In this document: positions 1 through 7,672 of the stretch, one piece after another
Position numbering within the stretch: the first letter of the stretch is position 1
Layout: each line of letters begins with the position of its first letter
Origin: a bacterium
Lineage (GTDB): Bacteria; Zhuqueibacterota; Zhuqueibacteria; Zhuqueibacterales; Zhuqueibacteraceae
Direction of reading: 5' to 3'
Assembly: GCA_044869275.1 (NCBI GenBank)
Contig: JBIOXB010000140.1
Coordinates: 1 to 25,275 of the forward strand
Length of the DNA stretch: 25,275 nt
The notes under the pieces: model-generated
Told to the model about the DNA's origin: nothing
The model's database searches: none
What the model saw: the letters and a program-made list of their open reading frames with translations, nothing else
Program-made: the position numbers and the translations under genes

Positions 1-172
1 CGGAAGGATAATGCACGCCCAAATAAACTCGGCTGAGGCCTACAAAAAACGCCCAGGGAATCAAGACAAGTGGTTTGAACAAGCCGGAGGCCAACTGGTC
101 GCTGATCAAAATGATTGCAGAGGGCAATTTGTCCGTATCCAAACCTTGAAACGATTTGACGGGTATCCTCAT
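1..172 (-). pseudogene. PAP2-family phosphatase remnant, runs off the left edge, apparently internally deleted
   Basis: Manual translation from ATG 172 (ATGA overlap with the upstream stop): MRIPVKSFQGLDTDKLPSAIILISDQLASGLFKPLVLIPWAFFVGLSRVYLGVHYPS. SRVYLGVHYPS is the PAP2 C3 motif; the C1 RP and C2 PSGH motifs are missing after KPLV. Not in the ORF track. Confidence 0.65.
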
Positions 173-720
173 TTTTCAGAAGAAAGAGTTGGGAGTTCCC
201 ATTGTTGATTTGGCACTGGCGGGACCGCCGGCACGGTGATGATAATAAAAGGGCGTGTGGTCTCTTCATGGCATCCATTGCACACCCCAATCCCTTCGGT
301 GTAAGCCGACTGAAAAGCGCTCCAATCCTTATGTTGAGCCGCCGTTCCTAAGGCTGCCAGTTGTGTCTGTTTAAAGCCATCCTTGAGACCAACCAAATTG
401 GTGCCATTCTCTTCCGGACGAAGTTCTACGGCCTTATCCAGATTTTCTTCGACTTCGTGTAGCTCAAACTCAGCCAACGGCCAGTTTTGCGCTTTGCCGG
501 CGAAATAGAGTTTGGCAAAGTGCAACTGCACACCGGACATGATCGTTCCTACCCCCGGCGCGCCGGCTTCGAGCGCTTTCAGGCGTGCTTCGACTTGCGC
601 ATCCTTTGTCTTGGTCTCATGGCAGCCGCTAAACAGGAAAAAAAGCGCGAGTCCAGCAAAGGCGGTGAAAGCGACGGCATAAAACAGCCGTCGAACTTTT
701 GTCACGATGGTTGTTTTCAT
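169..720 (-). CDS. Putative lipoprotein c-type cytochrome (single C-terminal CxxCH, cytochrome c'-like placement)
   Basis: Hydrophobic N-terminus ending in the lipobox-like LFSGC; heme motif CNGCH near the C-terminus. Confidence 0.7.
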   Translation of the reverse strand: MKTTIVTKVRRLFYAVAFTAFAGLALFFLFSGCHETKTKDAQVEARLKALEAGAPGVGTIMSGVQLHFAKLYFAGKAQNWPLAEFELHEVEENLDKAVELRPEENGTNLVGLKDGFKQTQLAALGTAAQHKDWSAFQSAYTEGIGVCNGCHEETTRPFIIITVPAVPPVPNQQWELPTLSSEK

Positions 721-731
721 AGAAAGACTTT

Positions 732-1022
732 CTACATGACTTCTTCAACCAGTTCCTTCATCTTCTTCCTCACTTCCACCAGAGCTTTTCTGCCTTTCGC
801 AGTGATTTCATAGTATTTCCGGATTTTGCCGTCGACGAGCTGTTCGCTGCTGCGCAGGAGGCCATCCGTCTCCAACGCGTGCAGAATCAGATACAATGTG
901 CCAGGGCTGAGTCGAAATCCGTGCCGCCCCAACTCCTTAATGATCCAAAGCCCATAGATGGGTTCTTCGGAAGCATGATACAAGATGTGAATCTTGATGA
1001 AACCGAGAAAAAAATGTTTCAG
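732..1022 (-). CDS. PadR-family transcriptional regulator, probable non-canonical CTG start
   Basis: Motifs IYGLWIIKEL, SPGTLYLILHALE, RKYYEITAKG. The frame stays open upstream of TTG 983 as LKHFFLGFIKIHILYHA, a typical PadR N-terminus. CTG at 1022 overlaps the DsrE stop. Confidence 0.85.
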   Translation of the reverse strand: MKHFFLGFIKIHILYHASEEPIYGLWIIKELGRHGFRLSPGTLYLILHALETDGLLRSSEQLVDGKIRKYYEITAKGRKALVEVRKKMKELVEEVM

Positions 1023-1372
1023 AATACGAAAGCTTTGTCCGAATCAACAGCCCATTGCGCCAATTCACTCATATGGCTGATTTCAACACCTTCAATGAGC
1101 TTCAACTCGCGAAGGCCTCTGGCATCCGTACAACTGCCGCAGGTCTTCACTTTACCGCCCTTGGCAAGAATGGACTTGAGCATGCGCTCGATATTGTAGT
1201 AACCTTGTGGCAAGTTTTGATTCGGCACGGCGCAGCTCACCGCATCTGCCATCAGGAACACTCGAACTTCTACATCGGGATGCTCTTTTTGCAAAGTCAT
1301 TCCAAGACGCAAAGCATTGTAGGCCTTCTCGGTGCCATACGGAGCGTCATTGATCAGCAAGAGAATCTTCAT
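1019..1372 (-). CDS. DsrE/DsrF-like (YchN-type) sulfur relay protein
   Basis: INDAPYGTEKAYNALRL, FLMADAV, CGSCTDARG; AAGGAG RBS upstream. Confidence 0.9.
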   Translation of the reverse strand: MKILLLINDAPYGTEKAYNALRLGMTLQKEHPDVEVRVFLMADAVSCAVPNQNLPQGYYNIERMLKSILAKGGKVKTCGSCTDARGLRELKLIEGVEISHMSELAQWAVDSDKAFVF

Positions 1373-1428
1373 TGTTCATTTCTCCTTAATGCGGACGAAC
1401 CACAACAAACAGGTTTTCAGTTTTTTTT

Positions 1429-1493
1429 ACCGCGAATAAGCGCGAATTTCCGCGAATGAAAAACATTAGCGCTCATTGGCGTTGATTCGCGGT
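1429..1493. repeat. Intergenic REP-like palindrome built from CGCGAAT units
   Basis: ACCGCGAATAAGCGCGAATTTCCGCGAAT ... ATTAGCGCTCATTGGCGTTGATTCGCGGT: three CGCGAAT units mirrored by degenerate inverted copies. Confidence 0.65.
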
Positions 1494-1537
1494 TTTTCAT
1501 GTTTTCCGAAAAAGCAAAGATTCCACTTGTAATGGAA

Positions 1538-2779
1538 TTACACCGCGATTGGAATTCTCATGGCTTTGCCCCCCATTCTGAGTGCCAGATGTAACAATTC
1601 TCGTTTTGGCCCAAAGGGAGACAACCACCACTTCTCAAAAAGCACTTTGCCGAGGTGCCAGACCTTTCCCATTTTGTGTAATGTAATCTGGGGAGAGGGT
1701 TCCGCGAAAAAATTGCCGTAGGCAAAACCGGCCAAATCTTCTCCGGCCTCCAACATGCAATAGCCGTCGCCGCAGAATTCTTCTTTGGGTGTCCTGCCAT
1801 CAATCTCTGCCGCGATGCGATGCGCAACGACCTCGGCATGATGGTGCGCAAACACGCCGGCCTTCGGCAACATCATTGGGACCTCCGGTTTCCAACGACC
1901 GGGAATGGAAATGGCCGTAATGTCGCCGAGGGCATAAACGTTCTTGTGCCTGGTCGCCAACGTTCCGCGATCAACAGGTATCCAGCCCGCTTCATTGGCG
2001 AGGCCAGCGTCGCGAACGAGCGAGGGCGCGCGATGCGGCGGTATGGCAATCAGCAAGTCATATTTTATCGGCGCTTTCGCTTCAAAGGAAAGCTCGTGCG
2101 TTTGTGGATTGACCGCCGTGAGCTTGTGCATCGAATGAAAGGCAATGCCCTTGGATTGCAGCATCTGCTTGATCATATCGCCAAGCACTGGCCCAGCCAC
2201 CGGCATCGGTTGCGGCTCCGGCGTGAACATCTGAATATCCACCTTCTCGCGCAGGCCGCGCTTGCTGAAGAAATCCGCGATGAGCATCGCGCCTTCATGG
2301 GGAGCGCCGGGGCATTTATATGGCATGGTACTGACCACAAGCGCGATCGCCCCAGCGCTGAATGAGGCAAGGGCATCGCGCAATTTGATTGTGCCCTCGA
2401 ATGTGTAGAACGTGTGCGCCGCCTCGGCGAGACCAGGCATTGTCTCCGGCGCGAGGTCAGCGCCGAGAGCGATAATCAAGTAATCGTAAGGCAGTGCTTG
2501 CGCGCTGGTTTCGACTTGCTGTTTCGCCAAATCGATTGCACGCGCTTCGGCATGAACAATCTCCACGCCGGGTCGCACCAGTTCCCGAACCGGACGAGTG
2601 ATGTGTTCCGGCTGGCGATCACCGGTCATCAGCCAGAGAAAAGATGGTGCAAAGGCGTGCTGGGAATTCTTTTCCACCAAGATGATGCGGTGTTCACGTG
2701 GCAGATGCCGCCGCAACTCGTTGGCAGTAACCAAACCACCGACACCGCCGCCGAGAATCAAAATGGTTTTGGCTTTCAA
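1538..2779 (-). CDS. Sulfide:quinone oxidoreductase-like FAD-dependent oxidoreductase (SQR/FCSD family)
   Basis: ILGGGVGG FAD motif, YKCPGAPHE first redox Cys, VYALGD, PKAGVFA, GYCMLEAG second Cys. Start moved to TTG 2779, which follows AAAGGAG. Confidence 0.85.
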   Translation of the reverse strand: MKAKTILILGGGVGGLVTANELRRHLPREHRIILVEKNSQHAFAPSFLWLMTGDRQPEHITRPVRELVRPGVEIVHAEARAIDLAKQQVETSAQALPYDYLIIALGADLAPETMPGLAEAAHTFYTFEGTIKLRDALASFSAGAIALVVSTMPYKCPGAPHEGAMLIADFFSKRGLREKVDIQMFTPEPQPMPVAGPVLGDMIKQMLQSKGIAFHSMHKLTAVNPQTHELSFEAKAPIKYDLLIAIPPHRAPSLVRDAGLANEAGWIPVDRGTLATRHKNVYALGDITAISIPGRWKPEVPMMLPKAGVFAHHHAEVVAHRIAAEIDGRTPKEEFCGDGYCMLEAGEDLAGFAYGNFFAEPSPQITLHKMGKVWHLGKVLFEKWWLSPFGPKRELLHLALRMGGKAMRIPIAV

Positions 2780-2781
2780 TA

Positions 2782-3780
2782 TTATTTCTCCTTTTTCTGC
2801 TTCTTTTGCATGATCACACCTGACCATGCTCCGAGCATGGCAAAGATCGTGAACGTGATGCTCCCAAGCGAAAGCAGAGGAATACCTGTCAGGCCATGAC
2901 CGACGGTGCAGCCTCCTGCCAGTGAGCCGGAGGCTCCCAATATGAGCCCGCCGCCGGCGAGTTTCCAGATTGCCACGCCTGAAATGGTTGACCAGTGAAA
3001 CTGGCCTTCACGCGAGGCGGACAAATAGCCGCCGACGGGAATGCCAAAAACAAAAAAGAAATCCCAGCTCAAAGCGCTGCGTTTGGCAATTGCCAACAAC
3101 TCAAGCGCATCTTTGCTCCCGGGCAGAACCGCCATGCCGAAAAATCGACCGGAAAGAGAGGAAACCACCCACGCGATTGTGCCTATTGCTCCAACCCATA
3201 GCCCGGTTTTTCTCCAGTTCCAGCCTTTCTCAGGATTGGTGGGGGATTTCTTCAACAAGAAAAATAGGAGGGCGACAGCAAAAGGCACGCTCATCCACCA
3301 CAGAGGCAGATTAAATAAACTTGCGATGGTCATGGTCTCGACACCACTGTCGCTACCGAGGGATTGTATCCATGTGCGCAAGGGTCTTAACGCGCCGCTT
3401 TCAGTTGTGACGTATCCGATAGTCAATCCGATAATGGCAACGAAAGCGCCGATGCTGCCGCCACCGAGTTTGTACCACACACCACCCGCGCAGCCGCCGC
3501 CCCAATTCATGGCGAGACCAAAGAGAAATCCGCCAAGTGCTGCGCCGAGAGGATAGAATGCGGGTACGGTGAATTTAACGATGCCCAAAAGTTGCAGGAA
3601 TGGCAGCATCAGCATCTGCACGGCAATCGCCAGGAAATAAGCTTTGAATCGAGTGGTGTCCCTCCTGACCAGGAGGTTGCGAAAACCCGAATTCATTCAC
3701 AAGCTGCCGCGATGGGAAGCGTAGCCGAAGGCGACGCCGACTGGCAGGCTCAATATGAAATTGGTGAGAAGATTTGTCAT
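2782..3780 (-). CDS. YeeE/YedE (TsuA-like) sulfur-compound transporter, predicted selenoprotein (Sec28), 332 aa
   Basis: ATG 3780 gives MTNLLTNFILSLPVGVAFGYASHRGSL-UGA-MNSGFRN, in frame with the 304-aa ORF. UGA (3697-3699) sits at the conserved RGxxC Cys. The other two family Cys (GGGCAGG, AGGCTVG) are intact. Confidence 0.88.
3661..3676 (-). promoter_or_regulatory. Bacterial SECIS-like hairpin of yeeE
   Basis: CCUCCU-GGUC-AGGAGG; the loop starts 26 nt 3' of the in-frame UGA and is G-led. Confidence 0.75.
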
Positions 3781-3786
3781 CCGGAT

Positions 3787-4488
3787 TCATCTCCGCATTT
3801 TTATCTTTTTGTCAAACAACGGGCCATTTCCCTTTTCAACTTTCCGGCCCGCCTGTTGCCATTCATAAACTCCATCTTCCAAACGCAGCGCCTTATAACC
3901 GGCCTTTTTCAATATGGTCACAGCTTCCGCGGCAAGCACACAATAGCGGCCACGGCAATAGGCCACAATCTCGCGGCGCTTCGCAAGCTTGTCCAGGCCG
4001 CGTTTGAGCTCGGCAAGAGGCATTGATACGGCGCCTGGCAAATGGCCGTTTTCATATTCTTCAACCGGCCTGACGTCGAGTAAAACGATTTCTTTGTTGT
4101 TGAGAAGACGTTGGAGTTCCTCGATCGCAATAGGCTCGATATCATCCCCCTCCGCAAAGAAGGATTTAGCCGCCTCTTTGATTTCTGCTCTTCTCTTCTC
4201 TGCGAGCACCTGCAAAGCTTTCCAACAAGCCAATACCTTCTCATCTGCGATGGCATAGATGACACTCACCCCTTCCTTGCGGCTCCTGACAATTCCGGCA
4301 GCTTTTAACACCTGCAAGTGTCTGGAGGTGTTGGCAATGGTCATCGACCCTTCCTTAGCCAGCGTTTCCACGCTGCGTTCGCCCTGCGCCAGAACCTCGA
4401 TGATTTCAAGCCGCTTGGGGCTTGAAAATGCCTGCGCCACGGCAGCGATTTCCTGAAAGACGAAATCCTTGAATTCTCTTCCTCGCAT
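3787..4488 (-). CDS. ArsR/SmtB-family regulator fused to a rhodanese domain
   Basis: N-terminal HTH (SSPKRLEIIEVLAQGERSV...NTSRHLQVL); C-terminal LDVRPVEEY..GHLPGA and active-site VAYCRGRYC. Confidence 0.92.
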   Translation of the reverse strand: MRGREFKDFVFQEIAAVAQAFSSPKRLEIIEVLAQGERSVETLAKEGSMTIANTSRHLQVLKAAGIVRSRKEGVSVIYAIADEKVLACWKALQVLAEKRRAEIKEAAKSFFAEGDDIEPIAIEELQRLLNNKEIVLLDVRPVEEYENGHLPGAVSMPLAELKRGLDKLAKRREIVAYCRGRYCVLAAEAVTILKKAGYKALRLEDGVYEWQQAGRKVEKGNGPLFDKKIKMRR

Positions 4489-4504
4489 GGCGGATGGCTG
4501 TCAA

Positions 4505-4558
4505 ATTCTATTATTCAATTGTTTAATTGAATAATGGAATAATTCACGAGAATGTCAA
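4505..4558 (-). promoter_or_regulatory. Sigma70 promoter with overlapping palindromic operator (probable ArsR site)
   Basis: TTGACA (4558-4553), 16 nt spacer, CATTAT (4536-4531). Inverted repeat ATTCTATTATTCAATT-GTTT-AATTGAATAATGGAAT (4505-4540, one mismatch) covers the -10. Confidence 0.75.
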
Positions 4559-4685
4559 GAAAAATTTCTGTAGAAACAAAAGTTGTATGAGCAAACTAAG
4601 GAATGACGTAAGCAGGCACGGCGAGCACGAGTGTGAGCAGGACGACAATATGGGCATGATACGCGCGCTATTTGTTCCAATCATA

Positions 4686-4741
4686 CCGGACTTGCACGTG
4701 AAAATTTTTTGGATTTGAAGATTTTGGTTGTGCAAGTCCGG
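4686..4741. repeat. REP-like inverted repeat, CGGACTTGC family
   Basis: CCGGACTTGCAC (4686-4697) and GTGCAAGTCCGG (4730-4741): perfect 12-bp arms. Confidence 0.65.
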
Positions 4742-4776
4742 CTTTGCCCAGTGCAATGAAACCTTAATTTTTGAAG

Positions 4777-4829
4777 GTCACCCTGAGCGAAGTCGAAGGG
4801 CGGCATGGTTCGACTCCGCTCACCATGAC
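4777..4829. repeat. REP-like hairpin downstream of the globin gene
   Basis: GTCACCCTGAGCGAAGTCGAA ... TTCGACTCCGCTCACCATGAC, imperfect inverted repeat. Confidence 0.65.
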
Positions 4830-4858
4830 TAAAAAACTATGGTAATAGCGTACTAGTT

Positions 4859-5347
4859 TTACTTTGTTGTTGATGAGGCCACGACGATGTCTTTTTTCGT
4901 GCTCTCCACGATGGCAATCAGCTCGCCTTGCTCCTTGGCTGGGACCTTGAACTTGTCCAAGGTTGCTTTGAAGTCGGCCGCCATCGCCTGCCATTCTTTT
5001 TCGGTGATGTTGAGATGCGCGTGCGAGTCCTTCATCGTCCGGCCGGCGTACTTTTCCGGCCCGCCGGTGACTTGGCAGACCAAAGCTGTGACGCGAAATT
5101 TTAACCCCGCCCTTGGCACCCGATCCCGTGCCTCCTTGATCTTGGGATTGGCATTCAGAATGTCGTTGACCAACAGTCGCTCGATAAAATCATCCACGAC
5201 CGTCGCAATGGCGTAAACGCCGCCAAGCCGGTCGTAGAGCGATTTTTCTTGAGCGGGCTGCTGCGCGAGCACGGGAGTTACATTCCACAGGACGAGGGCA
5301 GTGAGCGGAAGAAAAACCCATGCGAAGAAAAAGCGTTTTGTCACCAT
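4859..5347 (-). CDS. Group I truncated hemoglobin (2/2 globin) with a signal peptide
   Basis: SLYDRLGG, VVDDF, TGGPEKYAGRTMKDSHAHLNIT; hydrophobic leader ending in VLA; AAGGAG RBS. Confidence 0.9.
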   Translation of the reverse strand: MVTKRFFFAWVFLPLTALVLWNVTPVLAQQPAQEKSLYDRLGGVYAIATVVDDFIERLLVNDILNANPKIKEARDRVPRAGLKFRVTALVCQVTGGPEKYAGRTMKDSHAHLNITEKEWQAMAADFKATLDKFKVPAKEQGELIAIVESTKKDIVVASSTTK

Positions 5348-5397
5348 TGTGGTGCTCCTTTCAAAATGGTTAGGTTATGTGTAAAAACTCTTACTCC

Positions 5398-5453
5398 TAC
5401 TCTTGCTCTTACTCGTTCTTTAATACACCGAAAAGCGAGTAAGAGCAAGAGTA
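5398..5453. repeat. 18-bp perfect inverted repeat made of 6-nt units (REP-like)
   Basis: TACTCTTGCTCTTACTCG (5398-5415) and CGAGTAAGAGCAAGAGTA (5436-5453). Confidence 0.7.
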
Positions 5454-5475
5454 CGAGAAAAAGTAAAAGGACGAT

Positions 5476-5970
5476 TTATTTTGCTCCAGCGCACTGATCG
5501 CACACCCACACACCATCGACGACGCGGCCCTGGTTGAACATGGCTTTATGGCCATGCGGATCGAAGAAGTATCCCGATTCATACACCAGTTTTTTCTCGT
5601 CGTCTTTCAGCAGATGAATTTGCTCCGGCTCGATGGCATCGTCGTAGGGATGATAAATCTTTCCGCTGACAGACAACTTTTCGAGAAAGTATTGTGTCAT
5701 GAAGCTCTGCGGAATATTCACCACAAAATAGAAGTTCTTGTCGGCGGTAAAAATGCCGGTGGTGAAATCGGCCGCGCGATGCGTGCTCGGGCACAGCACA
5801 TTGACGACCGCGCAATCAAATCCCGAGGCTTCACCTTCAACAGTTTTAACGCTGATCTTTTCATTGAGGCCGGTTGGCGCGGCGTGATTGTCTGCTTGCT
5901 TTTGCAAGCAGCCAGGCATAATAGTGGCAGCCGCAATCAGCATAACAGTGCGAGAACGGTAGCGGTTCAT
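5476..5970 (-). CDS. Hypothetical lipoprotein with Cys pairs
   Basis: AAGGAG RBS; lipobox-like MPGC; CAVVNVLC and terminal CDQC; collinear with neighbours. Confidence 0.7.
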   Translation of the reverse strand: MNRYRSRTVMLIAAATIMPGCLQKQADNHAAPTGLNEKISVKTVEGEASGFDCAVVNVLCPSTHRAADFTTGIFTADKNFYFVVNIPQSFMTQYFLEKLSVSGKIYHPYDDAIEPEQIHLLKDDEKKLVYESGYFFDPHGHKAMFNQGRVVDGVWVCDQCAGAK

Positions 5971-6014
5971 AACTTCTCCTTAGTAACGAACTGAGTGGGT
6001 CTTGGAAGGGCTCG

Positions 6015-7148
6015 CTATAGTCCGAACCAGCGCGCGCGGCGACTGGATCCAAAGTGCTGCTTCTCGCCGACCAGGGCGACGGAGGGTTCGATGAAGCTCC
6101 CCGTAGGCGAAGGCCCCGAAAGAAAGTCCACGTCCACGCGCCCGACGCGGCCTCCCCCAAACTCGACGTAGCAGGTACCCGCCCCAGCATAAGCCGGGGG
6201 TTGTTCGCCGCCCTGCACTTCCGCCAGCAACGAGGCGGCAACGACGCGCGCGGCCCCTTCGGAGAACGTGCCGGCCTTGGCCGTTCCCACACTCGTCACG
6301 TCCCCGACTGCATACACGCCCGGGAACCGCGTCTTGAGGTTCTTTGGGTTGACGGGAATCCAGCCATTCTCGGCCATACCACTCGCCGCGACCACGTCCG
6401 GGACGCGGTGCTTCGGGATGCCGAGGAACAGATCATAAGGCATCTCACGCTCATCATCCAGAATGGCGACGCGACGCGCTGGGTCGAGGGCACGCACGCG
6501 CCGGTTGGGGATGAAGGTGATCCCCCGCTCGGCGAAAGCAGCGACCAACGCCTTGGAGGTTGCCGGTGACGGCGGAATCGGAGCGCCGAACGGTATGACC
6601 AAGCTAATTTCGCACGCGTCGCGCACTCCGCGTGTGGTGAGATAATCGTGCAGCAACAAGGCGGCTTCGCTCGGCGCTGGCGGGCACTTGAATGGCGCTG
6701 AGGTGACGCCGACAATCGCGCGGCCCTTCGAGAAGGTGGGCAGCACCTCCCGCAAGCGTTCAGCGCCCGCAAAGGAGTAAAACTCGTTGCCCCCTTCGCT
6801 GAGGCCCGGCGTGGCAGCTAGATCGTAGTCGGCGCCCAGTGCGACCACCAGCACGTCGGCCTCATAGGTCTCGTTGTTAGTCGTGACGCGCCGTGTTTCA
6901 GGGTCAATCGAGGTGATTGTTTCCTGACGAAAACGGACACCAGACTTCACGATGTTGCTGTATGAGAGTCGAATGGCGTCAGGTGTCTTATGACCGAACA
7001 TGACGTCGAACTTCGAGAAGCCGAAGAAAAAGGAGTCGTTCTTGTCGATCAGGGTGAGGTCGAGATGACCGTCGAGCGCCTCGGACAGTACTGTGCTGAG
7101 TTCGAGTCCGCCGAAACCCGCACCGAGGACAACTATTCGTGGATTCAT
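6015..7148 (-). CDS. Second SQR-like FAD-dependent oxidoreductase
   Basis: VVLGAGFGG, FKCPPAPSE, VYAVGD, AKAGTFS, GTCYVEFG; AAAGGAG RBS. Confidence 0.85.
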   Translation of the reverse strand: MNPRIVVLGAGFGGLELSTVLSEALDGHLDLTLIDKNDSFFFGFSKFDVMFGHKTPDAIRLSYSNIVKSGVRFRQETITSIDPETRRVTTNNETYEADVLVVALGADYDLAATPGLSEGGNEFYSFAGAERLREVLPTFSKGRAIVGVTSAPFKCPPAPSEAALLLHDYLTTRGVRDACEISLVIPFGAPIPPSPATSKALVAAFAERGITFIPNRRVRALDPARRVAILDDEREMPYDLFLGIPKHRVPDVVAASGMAENGWIPVNPKNLKTRFPGVYAVGDVTSVGTAKAGTFSEGAARVVAASLLAEVQGGEQPPAYAGAGTCYVEFGGGRVGRVDVDFLSGPSPTGSFIEPSVALVGEKQHFGSSRRARWFGL

Positions 7149-7197
7149 TGTTTAACTCCTTTCACGCATTCAGTCTGCACTGGCGATATATTCGGCT

Positions 7198-7262
7198 GGC
7201 TAACGACAGCTAACCGGCGCGCGGCGTTGTTGCTGCGCGTCCGATTGAGCTTATTGTTAGGC
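7198..7262 (-). mobile_element. Integron attC-like site (65 bp)
   Basis: Minus strand GCCTAAC-AATAAGCTCAATCGGACGCGC...GCGCGCCGGTTAGCTGTC-GTTAGCC: RYYYAAC and GTT boxes enclosing an imperfect palindrome, just 3' of a small ORF. Confidence 0.65.
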
Positions 7263-7293
7263 GGATTTCTGGATTGAGGCAACTTATATTCCG

Positions 7294-7581
7294 CTACGCG
7301 CATTCATAAATCCGGATTTCTGGATCGGCTAAAAGATAAGGCTTTAGTGCCGCCGCTACATCCTTCTGAAACAGCGTACTCCCAAGATAGTTCTCAGCAT
7401 TCGCTTTCGAGTCGAAGCCATGAAGCACCTGTACGTCTTCTGCCCTTACGAGCAGGTCCTTCGATTCGGCGCCCGGGGTGTTGGATAGAAAGGGCTGCCG
7501 ATACTTTGTGTACACGCCGCCGGCTTGCGCCCGGTTCTCTGGAGCAATCTTCAGGGTGATTTCAAGAAATGCCTTCGTCAT
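7294..7581 (-). CDS. Small hypothetical protein, possibly dimeric alpha-beta barrel (ABM-like); gene-cassette-like
   Basis: 95-aa ORF with AGGAG RBS; DVQVLHGFDS..A..YL pattern; followed by the attC-like site. Confidence 0.7.
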   Translation of the reverse strand: MTKAFLEITLKIAPENRAQAGGVYTKYRQPFLSNTPGAESKDLLVRAEDVQVLHGFDSKANAENYLGSTLFQKDVAAALKPYLLADPEIRIYECA

Positions 7582-7672
7582 TATCTTACTCCTATGTAAG
7601 TTGAGTTCATAACCACTACCGCGTTTTTTTTAGTTACTGGCATAATGTACGATATTTCGCTCGCGGTTTCTA

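Noticed and set aside
3575..3790. 71-aa ORF overlapping the ArsR stop, or a frameshift as the source of the YeeE N-terminus
   Set aside because: The YeeE N-terminus is already in frame from ATG 3780, so no frameshift is needed.
4544..4760. Small ORFs or a membrane-protein remnant upstream of arsR
   Set aside because: Only a short hydrophobic stretch with no start, RBS or family motif, overlapping a repeat.
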